From Eledone cirrhosa (Eukaryota), in assembly GCA_964016885.1 (NCBI GenBank), contig OZ024741.1:231818001-231882000 (forward strand): a DNA stretch of 64,000 nucleotides, in the 5' to 3' direction. The notes under the pieces are model-generated. The model had not been told where the DNA came from, did not search any database, and saw nothing but the letters and a program-made list of their open reading frames with translations. A program made the translations under genes and the position numbers. Shown piece after piece: positions 15,385 through 29,635 of the stretch (its first letter is position 1; every line of letters starts with the position of its first letter).

Positions 15385-17081
15385 AGAAAAATAATTCTCC
15401 AAATTAGAACTAACACTGACCTATCACAGTGGCTAAATACTTCCTCTGTTATTTCTTGGTTTAATAATATACAAGTTAAAAATAAGTGTAGATTTACCCA
15501 ATTTGACATTGTTGATTTTTACCCCTCTATTACTGTTTCCTTATTAACTAATGACTTAGATTTTGCAAGACCCTTCATTAATATTTCTAAATTAGAAGAA
15601 GACATTATCTTTCATGCTAGAAAAACTTTACTCTTTACTAATGAAAATATTTGGGTTAAAAAGTGAAACCCTGAAAACTCTTTTGATGTTGCAATGGTTT
15701 CATATGACAGTGCGGATGTGTGTGACTTAGTAGGATTATTCCTTCTCCACACCCTCAAAGAGAAATTTCCTTCCCATAATATCGGTTTATACCGTGATGA
15801 CGGCTTGGCAGTTTCTCATACCACCAACGGCCATAATCTTGATAAATTCCGTAGAGATTTAATCAATACTTTTGCTAATCTTAACCTTAAAATCACTATA
15901 GATACGAACCTTACCAATGCTAACTTTCTTGATATTAATCTTGATCTACTTACCGCCTCTTTTAAACCTTATCATAAACCTAATGAAAATCTTAGGTATA
16001 TACACAAAGAGTCTTGCTATCCCCCAATAGTTTTTAATAATCTTATTCCCAACATTAGCCGTAGGATTTCTACCTTATCTTCGTCTATAGACATTTTTAA
16101 TAAAGCCCTTAAGAACAGCGGTTTTACAGAAAAAAAATGTATTTACCTACTCCCACCCCCCTAAAACTAACCACAATAACAGGAAAAGGAAAATTATTTG
16201 GTTCACCCCCCCCCCTTCTCTCTAACTGTCAAAACTAATGTAGGAAGGACATTTCTTGAACTCTTAGACAAACATTTTCCTCCTAATCATAGATATTATA
16301 AGATATTTAATAGGAACGTAGTTAAGATCAGTTACTCTTGTTGCCCATCTATGAAGTCCAAGATCACTAGTTCAAATCATACGAGAACAAATCCAGGATG
16401 CAGTTGCAGGAAGCCGGATGAATGCCCATTGCAGGGTAAATGTAACACCAAATCTGTTGTTTATGAGGCTAAAATAAAACCGTTAATCATCAACCAGCCA
16501 GCCAGGAGTGAGCGATATGTCGGCATGAACCCAGGACAGGTTTAAAATCAGGTTTTACTCACACTCGCTTCTTTTAAGCACTCCGATAAACGAACAACAA
16601 CGGCCCTCGCAAGTAAGATGTGGGAATTCAAGGATAGTAACATCCCGTACTCTATCGATTGGTCTATATTAGACCATTCGAGGGAGTACCAAAGGGGCGC
16701 AAAATATTGTCCTTTGTGTACCACAGAAAAATATAGGATTTTGCTAAACATGAGAGCCACTTCTGCTTGCCTAAACTCAAAGACCGAGATCTTCAGATGT
16801 TGTCCTCATCTGAAACCACATCTGATCTGTAACTGGATTGACATTCCTATGATAACTCAACCGCCTTGAACTCCTTCTCTGTACTTTACTTCTACTACGG
16901 TTTTTTTTTACCTGCTGAATCCACGTTCTGTACTCTTGTACTCTTTTTCTCCCTTATCTCCCCTTATATTTCACCTTTTCCTATGTCATTTTCCCCCTAC
17001 TTCCCCCCCATATATTTTTTGCCTTACCCTTCACATACCAACATGTATGTGTATGTATGTGTATGTATATATATTTATTTA

Positions 17082-17123
<42 letters not shown>

Positions 17124-17232
17124 TAGATAGACCATGTTTTTTTCATTCTGATGATTGAAGGCAACATTTTTTGCTTTTAAGAAACCACTGGTGAATGGAA
17201 TAATTGCCATATGTTGTTTATTATATTACTAT
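15385..17232 (+). mobile_element. Naiad-like PLE, 5'-truncated (RT, linker and GIY-YIG pseudogene), with an inverted pLTR piece at the 5' junction
   Basis: QFDIVDFYPSI, SYDSADVCDLVG, YRDDGL, NFLDI, PPFS, CSCRKPDECPLQGKC, YVG and CPLCTTE. Confidence 0.9.
17141..17200 (+). ncRNA. Type I HHR with a GUG triplet (probably inactive copy)
   Basis: TTTCATT-CTGATGA-TTGAAGGCAA-CATTTT-TTGCTTTTAA-GAAA-CCACTGG-TG-AATGGAA. Partial sister copies at 15.2-15.35 kb have GTA. Confidence 0.8.
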
Positions 17233-17284
17233 ATATATGTATATGCATATTTAGGAGTTATATAAGGTTCATATGAATTATCTA

Positions 17285-18300
<1,016 letters not shown>

Positions 18301-18309
18301 TTATACGCA

Positions 18310-21300
18310 ACTAACCCTCTATAGAACATTAAGGTCGTGTGTTACCGATAATATTGCCCAGTTGTTGAATGGCTGTAAGTGCATGGAGACATTCTAGTTT
18401 CCAAGCGCACTCCCTCGGTCTCCGCTTGACCCAGCTCTGATAAGGATACGAGCTGGGGCAACATGCATCTGGTGAACGTTGACCACATCTGTTCACCGTT
18501 TAGAAAGAGATAGACATGTCCTATCCTCAGTGCATGTCTAGGGATCATTAGCCACGATGTTCCTAGTCCTCCACGCAGGTGCTGTTGACAGCAGATGGAC
18601 CGCCTGATCATCGGAACACATCCTTTCCACAAGAATTGGAAGAGCAAACACTCCAGTGCAGTCAGATCGGGTTCGGGACAAAGCACTACGGTCAAGTAGT
18701 ACTAGATGACGGACGCTATGTATGTGTTCACCACCTCTGCCTTACATTTCAGGAACAGCGTTCTCTCGGGCTATATCTGGGTGAGATTGGCCACTCTGTT
18801 CATCACCTCCTCCCTTAGCTGTCCATCATGAGGTCAGGACCAAACAAGAATCCAAGTAATTTAAACGACCCGTCCGTCCAACACCAGACGACACTGCTAT
18901 ACGGCTGCAGGATTTTCCCCTCCATGTGCTGAGTTTTAGGCCCATAGAATTTCTTGATTGAGTTTAGCCCATGTCAGCGCTTCGTATTCCTTCAGAGCAA
19001 TGCTGATCACCTTAATGTGTTTGGTGTTCGACACTACGACTGTGGCGTCGTCGGCATAAGCTAACACAGATCTTTAATGTCCTATTTCATACGGGATGCT
19101 TCTCAACGTCTTTAATTTGTATAGTACTGGCTCGGGAGTCAATACATACAACAAGGAAGAGAGTGGACACCCCTAGCGGAACGAACGCATGATGTTGAAT
19201 GGTTTCGAGAGGTTACCGTTCAAACTGATATTAGAGCAGATGTCACTATGCATATCAATCCTCTGAAAACCTGTCGAAAGCCTGCTCCATTGAGGACCGC
19301 CACCAGGTACCGATGCTCGACATTATCAAATGCTTTGGATTGATCCAAATTGATCAGTGCCCTACCCGTGCCATGTAGTTTAGCCAACCTCTCTATGTTG
19401 CATGGCGTGAGATGGAGGATATCGTGGATGGATCTCTTGAGAATAGCACATGTCTGAGCCTCTCCGACCAGACCACCAAAAATAAGCACCAACCTCGCTG
19501 CTAACACCATGTGAAAAGTTTTGAACACTGCATTTCGCAGAGATATGGGCCTAAAATCATTAATATTGTTCCCCTTGTCTTTTCTTAGTAGTGCCAATAA
19601 TCCAAGGCTGACATAACGTGGGAGTCTTCCTTTCTGCTGCCAGTTGCAGCAGACGTCTGCCAAGCGCTCACAAAACAAGCCTGTCATATAAACATAAAAC
19701 TCATATGGCAGACCATCTAATCCAGGCGATTTGCCCCTCGTGCTGTCATCTAATGCATCCTTTATCTCAACAGCTGTTATTGGCTTTTCGCAACACTCCA
19801 CCTCTGTCACCGACACCCGTGGCAGGCTGTCAAGATAGGTTGTGAAGTCCATCTCACAATCCGGCTCGCCACCGCTCCCGAAAATTCGGGCAAAGTGTTT
19901 TGGAAAAGTCACACACATCTGCTTGGAATCGAGTACAGTTCTTTATAGAATTTAATCCAGCGTTCAATGAACATGTCCGAAATCGCACATGTTTTCCCCT
20001 CCTCTACTATATCACCGACGAAAAGCGCCTACCGCTTGCTAATACTTTTGCAAACATTTAAAACCTGCGTTTAGCAGAGCTTTGGGCCTTAAATTGTCTA
20101 AATGGTCCCCCTTGTTCGGGTCCTTCCTTAACAGCGCTAACGTCCCTCGACTCATATAACTGGAAATTCTCCCTTTTTACTGCCAGTTGGCGTAGAGATC
20201 CGCTGAGATGTCACTGAACAAGTCTGGCATGTTTGTGTAAAGTTCGTAGTGTAGACCATCTAAGCCAGGCGATTTACCCATAGTCCAGCTTGCCATTGCG
20301 TCCCATATTTCCTGGACTATTATCGGTTTTTCGCAACACTCATTCTCCCCCACCGAAAGTTTGTTAGGCCATCGAGGTAGACACTAAAATCCATCCCTCG
20401 ATCAGACTTACTTCCACTCCCGAAGATTCGAGTGAAGTGTTGCTGAATGACATCACGCATCTGCTTGGAACCAAGTACCATCCACCTGCCATGGTCCTCC
20501 AAAGATCGAATTGTGGCTTTGTTGCCGAGCGCAGCCTCCGCCACTAGTACTCATTGAAGGGCTTTCATCCCTCGTGTCTTAGATGACACGCTTTTGCACT
20601 GACAACTCAGTCTACGTGCTTAACCTTTGACGAATTCATCCAGGGCAAGCTCACCGTGAGCAATTTGGCTGCGATGACTTTAGTCAGTGCCTCTTTTAGT
20701 TTTCAAACGAGTTCTCCCTCTACTCTAATTTCCTCTATCATTTTAGCTTTACTAGAGCTCATCGATTCTGCTCTAATAGCCCTTTATAGGATGATCCACC
20801 ATTTGTTGTTGACCATTCCTCCCGTCAACGCTTGCCTAACTAATATACTGATCCGGTCTTAGTAGTCTTTGCACGACGGTAATTACGAGCTTAGCTTCCA
20901 GTAACCAGCTCCCTGTTTATGAAGTCTATCTAGATTGGCCACACATATTGGCTACAAATTCGTGTTCTGTGCAATCGACTACTTTGAATTGTGGACAACT
21001 TATACTACACTTATCTATTTCCCTACATAATACCCTATCTCTATACGATCTGGATGACCCGATGTCTTTTGTTCATGTCCACTCGGTAACTGTCAGACAG
21101 TTGGACGCGTCTGTGAAGGTTTGCAAGACTTTTACACCGTCCTCCCCTATCTGTTAATCCAATACAGTCACAGCGTGCATTCAAGATACCGTTCCAGTCT
21201 CCCACTCAGAAAGGTCTCAAGGCATCTGAAAAAATCAGGCAGCCCAGCCGTTTTCGGGGCATATGCAGCCACTAGCCTGAAAGCATAGCCTTCGCTGCTG

Positions 21301-21600
21301 GCCATGTCCAGCTCCAAACAACTGCCCTTGTGGATCCAGTAAGATGATCCGTATTGCAAGATCCATGCCTTTCCGAAACAGTACAGTGAATCCATCTCCA
21401 GATATGAGACGGCTTCGAGATGCGTACACCTCATAGCCGCCGAAGATGGGTGCACAAATACGTGTGTTGGAAATTCAGGTCTCGCTGATGACCACCACGT
21501 GTTTAGTAACCTGAGGTCGTTGAGCAGGTGACGCTGCTTCCAAGACGAACCGCAACTGATTTCTACCAATGAATTACTGAGAAAATCACCTAACGAATAC
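18310..21600 (-). mobile_element. Degenerate Tx1-like LINE ORF2 (APE and RT) with a duplicated RT-start segment
   Basis: FRLVAAYAP, YWKLS, KSPGLDGLPYEFY, FRPISL, LDQSKAFD, YADD and GGLG; a second KSPGLDG segment lies at about 20040-20500. Confidence 0.85.
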
Positions 21601-22475
21601 AACCAACTGCTCCCACCTAATCATCTAAGAAAAACCTACTAAACCAACAATTTAAATATTCACTAATCTAACCACCTAACCCGCCACTAAAACTGCGAAG
21701 AAACTATCCGCCAAATCACCCACCAAAGTAGCTATTAATCGATCCATCAAATCACACAACTGGAGCTACGAGTGAAACCTCTACCCATCATTACGACTCA
21801 TTATTAATGTTTAGCTCTACCGTTGACTTTAAGGAAAGAATTACACAAATGAAATCTGACCGGACTGTAGATGGGAATTTGAATCCCAATCCAAGACACG
21901 AATCATGCGCGAATACAAATGCTGAAGTAGGCAATACCTGGCAAGTTAATCTAAAAATACAATATTTCTCAACTAAAGATTTATCACAGAAACACGCAAA
22001 GTAAGTTCTGAAATAATTTCTACATTGTTGTTGTTGATGTTTTTAATTTATAATGAAAACATTTAAGCTATGATCATCCAGAGGCATATACAATATTCCT
22101 TTTAAGAAGCTATAATATGTCTCGCAGAATTACAGTTTCCTTTTTCCAGCAGGTGGTGGGATAAGGTGGATGGTGCCACTTTAACTCATAATGAAGTGTG
22201 TTAAAGTAATCGACATTTATATTTCTACAAAACATGCATCATTTAGATAATAGCTTAAACAATTATGCAGTATATCTTCACAGTCAAACACTATCACACT
22301 CATACTCATAGAAACACACCCACATATACAAATATACGCAAATGCGTAAGCATAGGAAACAACACAGTTTTACTGATTATCTCCTATTATTCTATCTAAA
22401 AGTGAAAGCTAATTCGTTTCTGTCAGAATCTCTAGAACAACTTATATAATACCCCCCTGTATTCGATTACTGTAG

Positions 22476-22590
22476 AGGTCAAGTTCGCCATTCATCCTAA
22501 TGGGGTTGATAAAATAAAGTCCGAAGCAAATACTGGTATCAATGTAATCGACTTAGTCCTCTTCACAAATTCTTGGTCGTGTACTTGTCT
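22476..22590 (+). mobile_element. SINE core fragment
   Basis: gccattcatcc..ggggttgataaaataaagt..tactgg..aatgtaatcgact is similar to the other SINE copies. Confidence 0.6.
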
Positions 22591-23149
22591 GTGAATTATT
22601 CACAACGTCCCGGGTCCTGTTCGCCAATAAAATAAATTACATTTATTATAATTGGTTTCTCAAGTAGTCGTTACACAGGCTTTTGCTCCAAAGATGTTAT
22701 TCAGATTCACTTGTTTACTGACTGTTCATCGTTATATTTTGTTATAATCTGTATACATTGGCCACAGAAAACACAGTCACCTCCATCCCTATACAAACAA
22801 CCAACGAGGCTTCCCCCATCGACGAGGTCAACAACAACAAAAATAACAACAATAACATGAATAACAATATCCATTAATAACAATATCCAAGAGAAACAAA
22901 AGCAACAAGAACTCCGCGAACAGAGACAAAATCAACAGCAACAGCAACAGCAACGTCAACAACAAAAATTAACAACAATAACAACAACGTTAATGAAAAA
23001 AAAATAATAACACCAACGTCAAGTATCTTTTCGGGCAACGTGAGTACAAATATAAGAAATTGCTTTCATGAACAACGGAAAAAAATAATTCCGAATTGCC
23101 TCAGTCCAAAATGATAATGTAATTTGTAGGCGGAAAGACAGCTTTTTAA

Positions 23150-23960
23150 GTGCAGAAGGCGCTATAAGATGTAATGGCCAACTAGACCCCATTGGAGTGG
23201 GGAGTTTATCCTATATCTGACCTATCTTTCAAGAAAAATTGTCAAGCTGAGGAAAACGGGTATTCCGCCAGAACGAAACACCTGGCGAATCTTTGCATGA
23301 GTAGGTGTTAGGGCCACGGACACATTCCTCAAGGTCAGACGCAGAGAAAGATATAATTTATCCGGGATAAAACTCGAGATTCTGCTGCAAGTAAAGCCAG
23401 ATCAAACAGCAAAAAATAATTCGAACATAATACAGATCCCATTCGAGTACGACTTGAAGAAAATTATTTAAGGCAAAGGTCAAAATACCATCTGTTTAAG
23501 GCTAGAAGCCATTTTAATATTTCTGCCCACAAAGAATTCTTCGAAAGAAGCAAACCAAATTAACACGGCCTGTACAAGAGCAAACACATCGAGTCTGCTA
23601 CACGGGCAGCAGCATCAACAATAACAACAGATACGACAGCAACACAACTACCACGATCGCGAACATCAACAACAACTACGACATCAGCAGCTGAATATCC
23701 AACAGGACATGCAGCTGCAACATCAAAATCAAAAGCAGGTGAGATAAAAACACATCCAACACCAGCTGCAGAAGCACCACCACCATCATGAACGGCCTTT
23801 GAAATCATGCCCTTCCCCAATATCACACATGAAGGTATCGGTCGGGACAAGGTAATGGTGTGGCAACAGGTAGGTCACAAGAACAAAAGGATAAAAGAAA
23901 ATGCTACATATTTCGCCCTTAAAAAAGAGTCGAATGTGAAAGTAAAAATGCTACAGCTAT
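23150..23960 (+). mobile_element. Probable LINE ORF1 relic, compositionally like 10140-10780
   Basis: Thr/Ala/Pro-rich ACA/GCA tract ending in ccaccacca; similarity is weak. Confidence 0.3.
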
Positions 23961-24833
23961 GGAGCAAATAATGCCAACATCCACACAATCTTCCCAATCA
24001 TCACCACAAGCTAGAGAGACGAAAAGATCCATCCACGACCACCTCGATCTTAAGTGATATATAATAGGGATAATGAGAGAGAAACCTGACGCGATCATCA
24101 TTGTTTGCCTTAGCTTTTTGCTGAAGCTTGGTATGTGACGTTAGTCACTACCTTAAATTCATAACGAAAGGCCTTCAAAATGTTTTAAAAAAAACTCACT
24201 GTATATTATTAAATATATTATACGTACGTTCATATTTACATCTATATATACGTACATACATATATGTATACAGACGTACAGTAGTATGTATATATATACA
24301 TATATGCACACACATATATATATGTACGTATGAGTTTACCGAGCCTTTATTATAATGCTCGGTTTGTTTGTAAACAAACAGCCCGAATTATTAGCCATAC
24401 AGTGTTCGGCAACCATCGTTGCCATTTTGTTTAGCAAGAAACTAGTTCATCGTTCCTTTGTCAGTGTTGTACAAAATGGCAACGATGGTTGCCGAACGCT
24501 ATATAATAATAATTCGGGTTGTTTGTTTGCAAGCAGACCGAGCCTTATAATAAATGTTCGGTAAACCCATAAGTACATATATATATATATATATGCATGT
24601 ATGTATATACATACTACTGTACGTCTATGTACATATATGTATGTACGTATACATACTTATATTTGAGTATCAGCCATACTAAGAGTGAGAAATGAAATTT
24701 TAATTTTTCCATTTATCGTTTTAGGTAACCCCACCGATTAACTCACTCGATATGCAAATTAGGCTGCTCAGCCGTTAATATGCGTAAATAAAGTGTATAC
24801 TTTCAAACGTTCAGTCAACTGACAGGAAGGTAT

Positions 24834-24876
24834 ACGGTGTTGGTGACAGCTAATACGCTAGAAACTAGTTCATCGT
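24834..24876 (+). ncRNA. Degenerate HHR
   Basis: ACGGTG-TTGGTGA-CAGC-TAATAC-GCTA-GAAA-CTAG-TT-CATCGT. Confidence 0.65.
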
Positions 24877-25272
24877 TCCTTTGTCAGTGTTGAACAAAAT
24901 GGCAACGATGGTTGCCGAACACTGTACGGCTAATAATTCGGGCTGTTTGTTTACAAATAAACCGAGCATTATAATAAATGTTCCGTAAACCCATACGTAC
25001 ATATATATATATATATATATATATGTATGCATGTATGTATGTAGATACATACTGCTGTACGTCTGTATACAAATGTGTATGTACGTATACACACTTATAT
25101 TTGAGTATCAGTCGTACTAAGAGTGAGAAATGAAATTTCCTTTTTTCCATTTATCGTTTCCTGTACGCCCGGCCGACTAACTCATTCCATATGCAAATTA
25201 GGCTACTCAGCCGTTAATATGCATATGGAAAGTATATACTTTCACACGTTTAATCAACTGACAGGAAGGTAT

Positions 25273-25315
25273 ACGGTGTTGATTACAGCTAATAAGCTAG
25301 AAAGTAGTTCATCGT
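25273..25315 (+). ncRNA. Degenerate HHR
   Basis: ACGGTG-TTGATTA-CAGCT-AATA-AGCTA-GAAA-GTAG-TT-CATCGT. Confidence 0.6.
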
Positions 25316-25588
25316 TCTTTTGTCAGCGTTGAACAAAATGGCAACGATTGTTGTTTACAAAGAAGCCGAGCATTATAATAAATGTTCGGTAAACCCATAC
25401 GTACATATATATATATGTGTGTGCATGTATGTATGGATATACATACTACTGTACGTCTGTATACATATATGTATGTACGTATACATATTTATATTTGAGT
25501 ATCAGCCGTACTAAGAGTGAGAAATGAAATTTCATTTTTTCCGTATATACATCACTATTTCAGGGCGCCAACATAAATTTCTCTCTTC

Positions 25589-25630
<42 letters not shown>

Positions 25631-25662
25631 GTATCTGTCTCTCTCTCTCTCATTCTCGCTCG

Positions 25663-25738
<76 letters not shown>

Positions 25739-25749
25739 GCATATATATA

Positions 25750-25782
<33 letters not shown>

Positions 25783-25783
<1 letters not shown>

Positions 25784-26281
25784 ACGAAATGAAATTTAAT
25801 TTCGTTTCGTTATTTGTTTTTATCGTCTCCGTTGAACCGGTACGTACTCACGCTCTATGCAGGTTGGTCTGCTCGCTGCTGATTTTCATGGAAAAAGCAT
25901 ATAGCGATATGTGCTTTTACGATTCTCTAGAAAGGCCGGAAGATAGGTAAATATTGCTGATGAGATGTAACAACATCGAAACTAGTTCAATATTTCTTGT
26001 CTGGCTTTCTGGAGAATAGAGGAAAGGTGTTTCCTCAGAAACCAGTATGACCCTAAAAACCGGTTTGTCTGTGTGTTTACATACAGAATGGCTGGACACT
26101 CACAGTAAAGTGACCAGTGAAAAACTCGGTACATCTACATATGTATACGTGTGTGTATTCATATGCATACTAGTATTTCAGTATACATATGTGGATGTAC
26201 ATTTTTAACTTAATTGTTTGGGCGTCAGTCATACAAAAGTGAGTTACAAACGAAACGAAATTTAATTTCGTTTCGTTATTT

Positions 26282-26285
<4 letters not shown>
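25783..26285 (+). mobile_element. Cluster 2: single 466-bp HHR-bearing unit with a terminal direct repeat of about 37 bp, inserted in (TA)n
   Basis: aacgaaaYgaaatttaatttcgtttcgttatttgttt occurs at 25783 and 26249; diverged homologue of clusters 1 and 3. Confidence 0.8.
25949..25995 (+). ncRNA. Intact minimal type I HHR
   Basis: AAATATTG-CTGATGA-GATGT-AACA-ACATC-GAAA-CTAG-TT-CAATATTT. Stem I is 8 bp, stem II is 5 bp, triplet GUU. Confidence 0.92.
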
Positions 26286-26370
<85 letters not shown>

Positions 26371-27519
26371 TGTACCTTTCCAGATTAATTATCTATAAAT
26401 TCTCATCTACATACATAAATATATATATTTATGTATGTAGATGAGAATTTATAGATAATTCATCTGGAAAGTTGTTCCCTGCCAGATTTAGATATTGAGG
26501 CGTCTCTTTTATCATTCTTCTATTAACAGAGTGGAGGCATCGATGTTTTTATGTTGCTGTTAACGCAGGTCCTAATGGTACGCTAGTAAAACAGCATGAA
26601 AGTTTACAGGATGTACACTTACATGGAATCGTCAAACTTAGATTTAAGAAACCAGCCATAGCTGAAACTGTCGCAATCTCTAATCGCCTCCGTTTCATCC
26701 TGTGTGTGAAGTCGAGGTTATAGGTGATTAAAACTCTATTAAATTCACCCATTTAATTAACTAATCTGTCGAATATTGTATTACTTTAACAGGTTTTAAT
26801 CATTGGATTTCAGCGATTAGTGGGGCACACCAACATAAAATGCCAATAAATATGCTACTTATTTTATAGACGTATATAAGTGTGTCGTAAAATAAGGGTG
26901 GGGGGGTGGGGGGTAAGAGAATGAAACTGACCGGGGCGACGATCGATGCGGTATGTGTTTTTGTCTGTAGATATCGAGTGGCTTCTTTGTTGGTTGTATA
27001 TGGGTTTTAATCTTCGCTGCCAGGTGATAATTTTGTTCAAGGTTACACCTCTAGTATGATTACAAACCAAGATTAATGAAACAAGATGGCGGAGTAAAGA
27101 AAAAAGGAGAAATACAAAATAACAAATTAATCACTAAGGAGGTTATAGAATGTCTGACGAAAAATCTTTGCCAATAAATTAAATAAAAAAACATCCGTTT
27201 AATAAACCAACCAACAGGAAATTTGTAATACATTGAAGGGAAAACCAACAGGTACGTGCGTATTTATTCCAAATATAACAATACCTGCTTCAACGCATGA
27301 TTTCAGATGAGAAATATGCAAACCAAATACAAAAATTAAATATATATGCTTATATAACTCAAACACACACAAACACACACGCACACACACACACACACGC
27401 ACACACACACATATATATATATATATTTATGTGTTTGTATGTGTGTGTGTTTGTTTGTGTGTCTGTGTTTTGTATCTGTGCGTGTCCGTGTGTGCTGGTG
27501 CATATATGAGTTTTTCATT

Positions 27520-28880
27520 GTTATTTAAGCAACATTTTGGCGCTTTTTTAGGCATACGCAATCCCATTGAAATACGTTAGTTTGTACGTTGGTTTATGGT
27601 CCGGAGAACGCTGATGTTGTTTGTGTATATCTGACAGCCGCCTTCCCTCGAAAAATCCCTCAGGTATCACGAACTTTGACATGAGTTGACCTTTTTTTGT
27701 GACCGAAAGCTATCCCCTCTAACCTTGCAAAGCTTCCATCGGAGGATATCTATATATATATATTTATGATATTCTCTTTCACAGAATGCAAACCTAGATA
27801 TTACGTTTTTATGTGTGTAGACAATTGTACAGATTGTGTAGACATGGTATGTGAAAGTTTTTATAGTCAATGTCAAATTGGTTGTAACATAGGTATAGAA
27901 TGGGAAGTCAAAATTAAAAGATGTAATGGCAAGTGAAATTTTCGTGGTGAAGATATTACTTTTTACCTGGTCGTTCTATAAATGCTGTGTTTCGGAAGAT
28001 TTGTTAGAGTGTAGAACAAAATGTCTCGTACTTGTTCCGTTTTCTGTATCCATCTAGGGCTGGAATTGTTTAAGAATTTTGACGACATACGTGGTGGCAA
28101 TATTTGTCTCGGCATTACGCATTCTGAGTTTACATTCCAATATATCCTATTAGGGTAAAGTAAGACTTAAACGTTCACTCATTTTGTCCAAACCTGGTCG
28201 TTGGTTGATTTTAGTGGGGTTTATTATCTTGCAAGCATTCGAACATTTATCTGGTTTAACGATGTATTCAATGGTATAACAAGTCAACTTAATGATAGTT
28301 AAACTTAATCCTTCTTTCTGTTGACAAAAGTCCCGGATTGTTTGCGTTCCTTTGCGTCTGATAGTCTGTGAAAGGATAAATTACAACATAATCTTCTAAA
28401 TCCTGACATGAATGATGGGTTCGATCTTCCATGCTTTGATTGAGCAAAAAGAAGAAAAATGTGTGGCAAACCATAGCCTATAAAGAGAGCTCTCTCCCAT
28501 TCCCTTCGACTCGTGTTGGGTTTGGGTTTAGTTTGCGGTAGTTCATGGTATGAAACAGTTGGTATGTGGTCACATAATTTGTCGAGAACTTGTTGGTTTG
28601 TTGCTGCATTTATTCCGTACAATTGATTGGTCGTTATTCTCCTTGTCAAAGAATTCATCTGTGAGACGTAATTTTCTACAGAAGTGTGAGATATCGTCAT
28701 TTATGTTATTAAGGTTACAGTATTGTGGTGTTGCTATGAATTTCAGTCCTTTGGAGAGAATTTTACTTTGTTGGGCTGAGAAGTTTATACTTAAAAGGTT
28801 GATTATTATCGGTTTCTCAAAATCGGTTTGTGCCACCGGGTGTCGGAGGTCTACAAAAGCGTTGGTCGAAAAATGATTTT
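27520..28880 (-). mobile_element. Poseidon/Penelope-type PLE N-terminal/RT relic
   Basis: IINLLS..ILSKGLKFIATP..FCRKLRL is a typical PLE pre-RT motif; heavily disrupted downstream. Confidence 0.7.
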
Positions 28881-28891
28881 TCTGAATTGTT

Positions 28892-28953
<62 letters not shown>

Positions 28954-29214
28954 GGAAAAAATGAAACAAAATTTCATTTCCCACTCTTAGTATAGCTATT
29001 ACTTAAATATAAGTATGTACACGTACATACATATATGTATACAGACGTACAGTAGTATGTATATATATATACATACATGCACACATATATATGTGTACGT
29101 ATGGATTCACCGAACATTTATTATAATGCTCGGTGTGTTTGTAAACAAACATCCCGTATTAAGCCGTAGTGTCTAGCCACCATCGTTGTTCGTTTGTTCA
29201 ACACTGACAAAGGA

Positions 29215-29257
29215 ACGTTGTACTAGTTTCAAGCTTATTAGCTATCGTCAGCAACGT
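29215..29257 (-). ncRNA. Type I HHR
   Basis: Minus strand: ACGTTG-CTGACGA-TAGCT-AATA-AGCTT-GAAA-CTAG-TA-CAACGT; triplet GUA. Confidence 0.88.
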
Positions 29258-29592
29258 ATACCTTCCTGCCAGATTGTTGAACGTATATTCTTACCTTAAG
29301 CATATTACCGGCTGAGTAGCCTAATTTGCATATCGATTGGTTTAATCGGCCGGGTGCACCGAAAACGATAAAGGGAAAAAATGAAACGAAATTTCATTTA
29401 CCACTCTTAGTACGGCTGTTACTTAAATATAAGTATGTACACGTACATACATATATGTATACAGACGTACAGTAGTATGTATATATATATATATACATGC
29501 ACACATATATATATGTACGTATGGATTCACCGAATTAAGCCGTACAGTGTCTAGCAACCATCGTTGCTCATTTGTTCAACACTGACAAAGGA

Positions 29593-29635
29593 ACGCTGTA
29601 CCAGTTTCAAGTTTATTAGCTATCGTCAGCAACGT
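29593..29635 (-). ncRNA. Type I HHR with weakened stem II
   Basis: Minus strand: ACGTTG-CTGACGA-TAGCTAATAAACTT-GAAA-CTGG-TA-CAGCGT. Confidence 0.75.

Larger units (their letters stand above)
24235..25545 (+). repeat. Cluster 1 of the HHR-bearing non-coding repeat (about 2.5 tandem units, period about 439 bp, plus an inverted 5' piece)
   Basis: Degenerate HHRs at 24834-24876 and 25273-25315 and a half HHR at about 24437. Segment 24235-24432 is an inverted copy of about 24470-24660. Confidence 0.85.

Noticed and set aside
15664-15666. In-frame TGA in a Naiad-like RT (also about 54067) as possible selenocysteine
   Set aside because: Neither is at a conserved Cys position, the linker cysteines are TGT/TGC, the elements carry frameshifts, and I recognised no SECIS.
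23247-23290. CTGAGGA..CGAAAC hammerhead-like spacing
   Set aside because: No stem II closing at GAAA, no UH triplet and no stem I.
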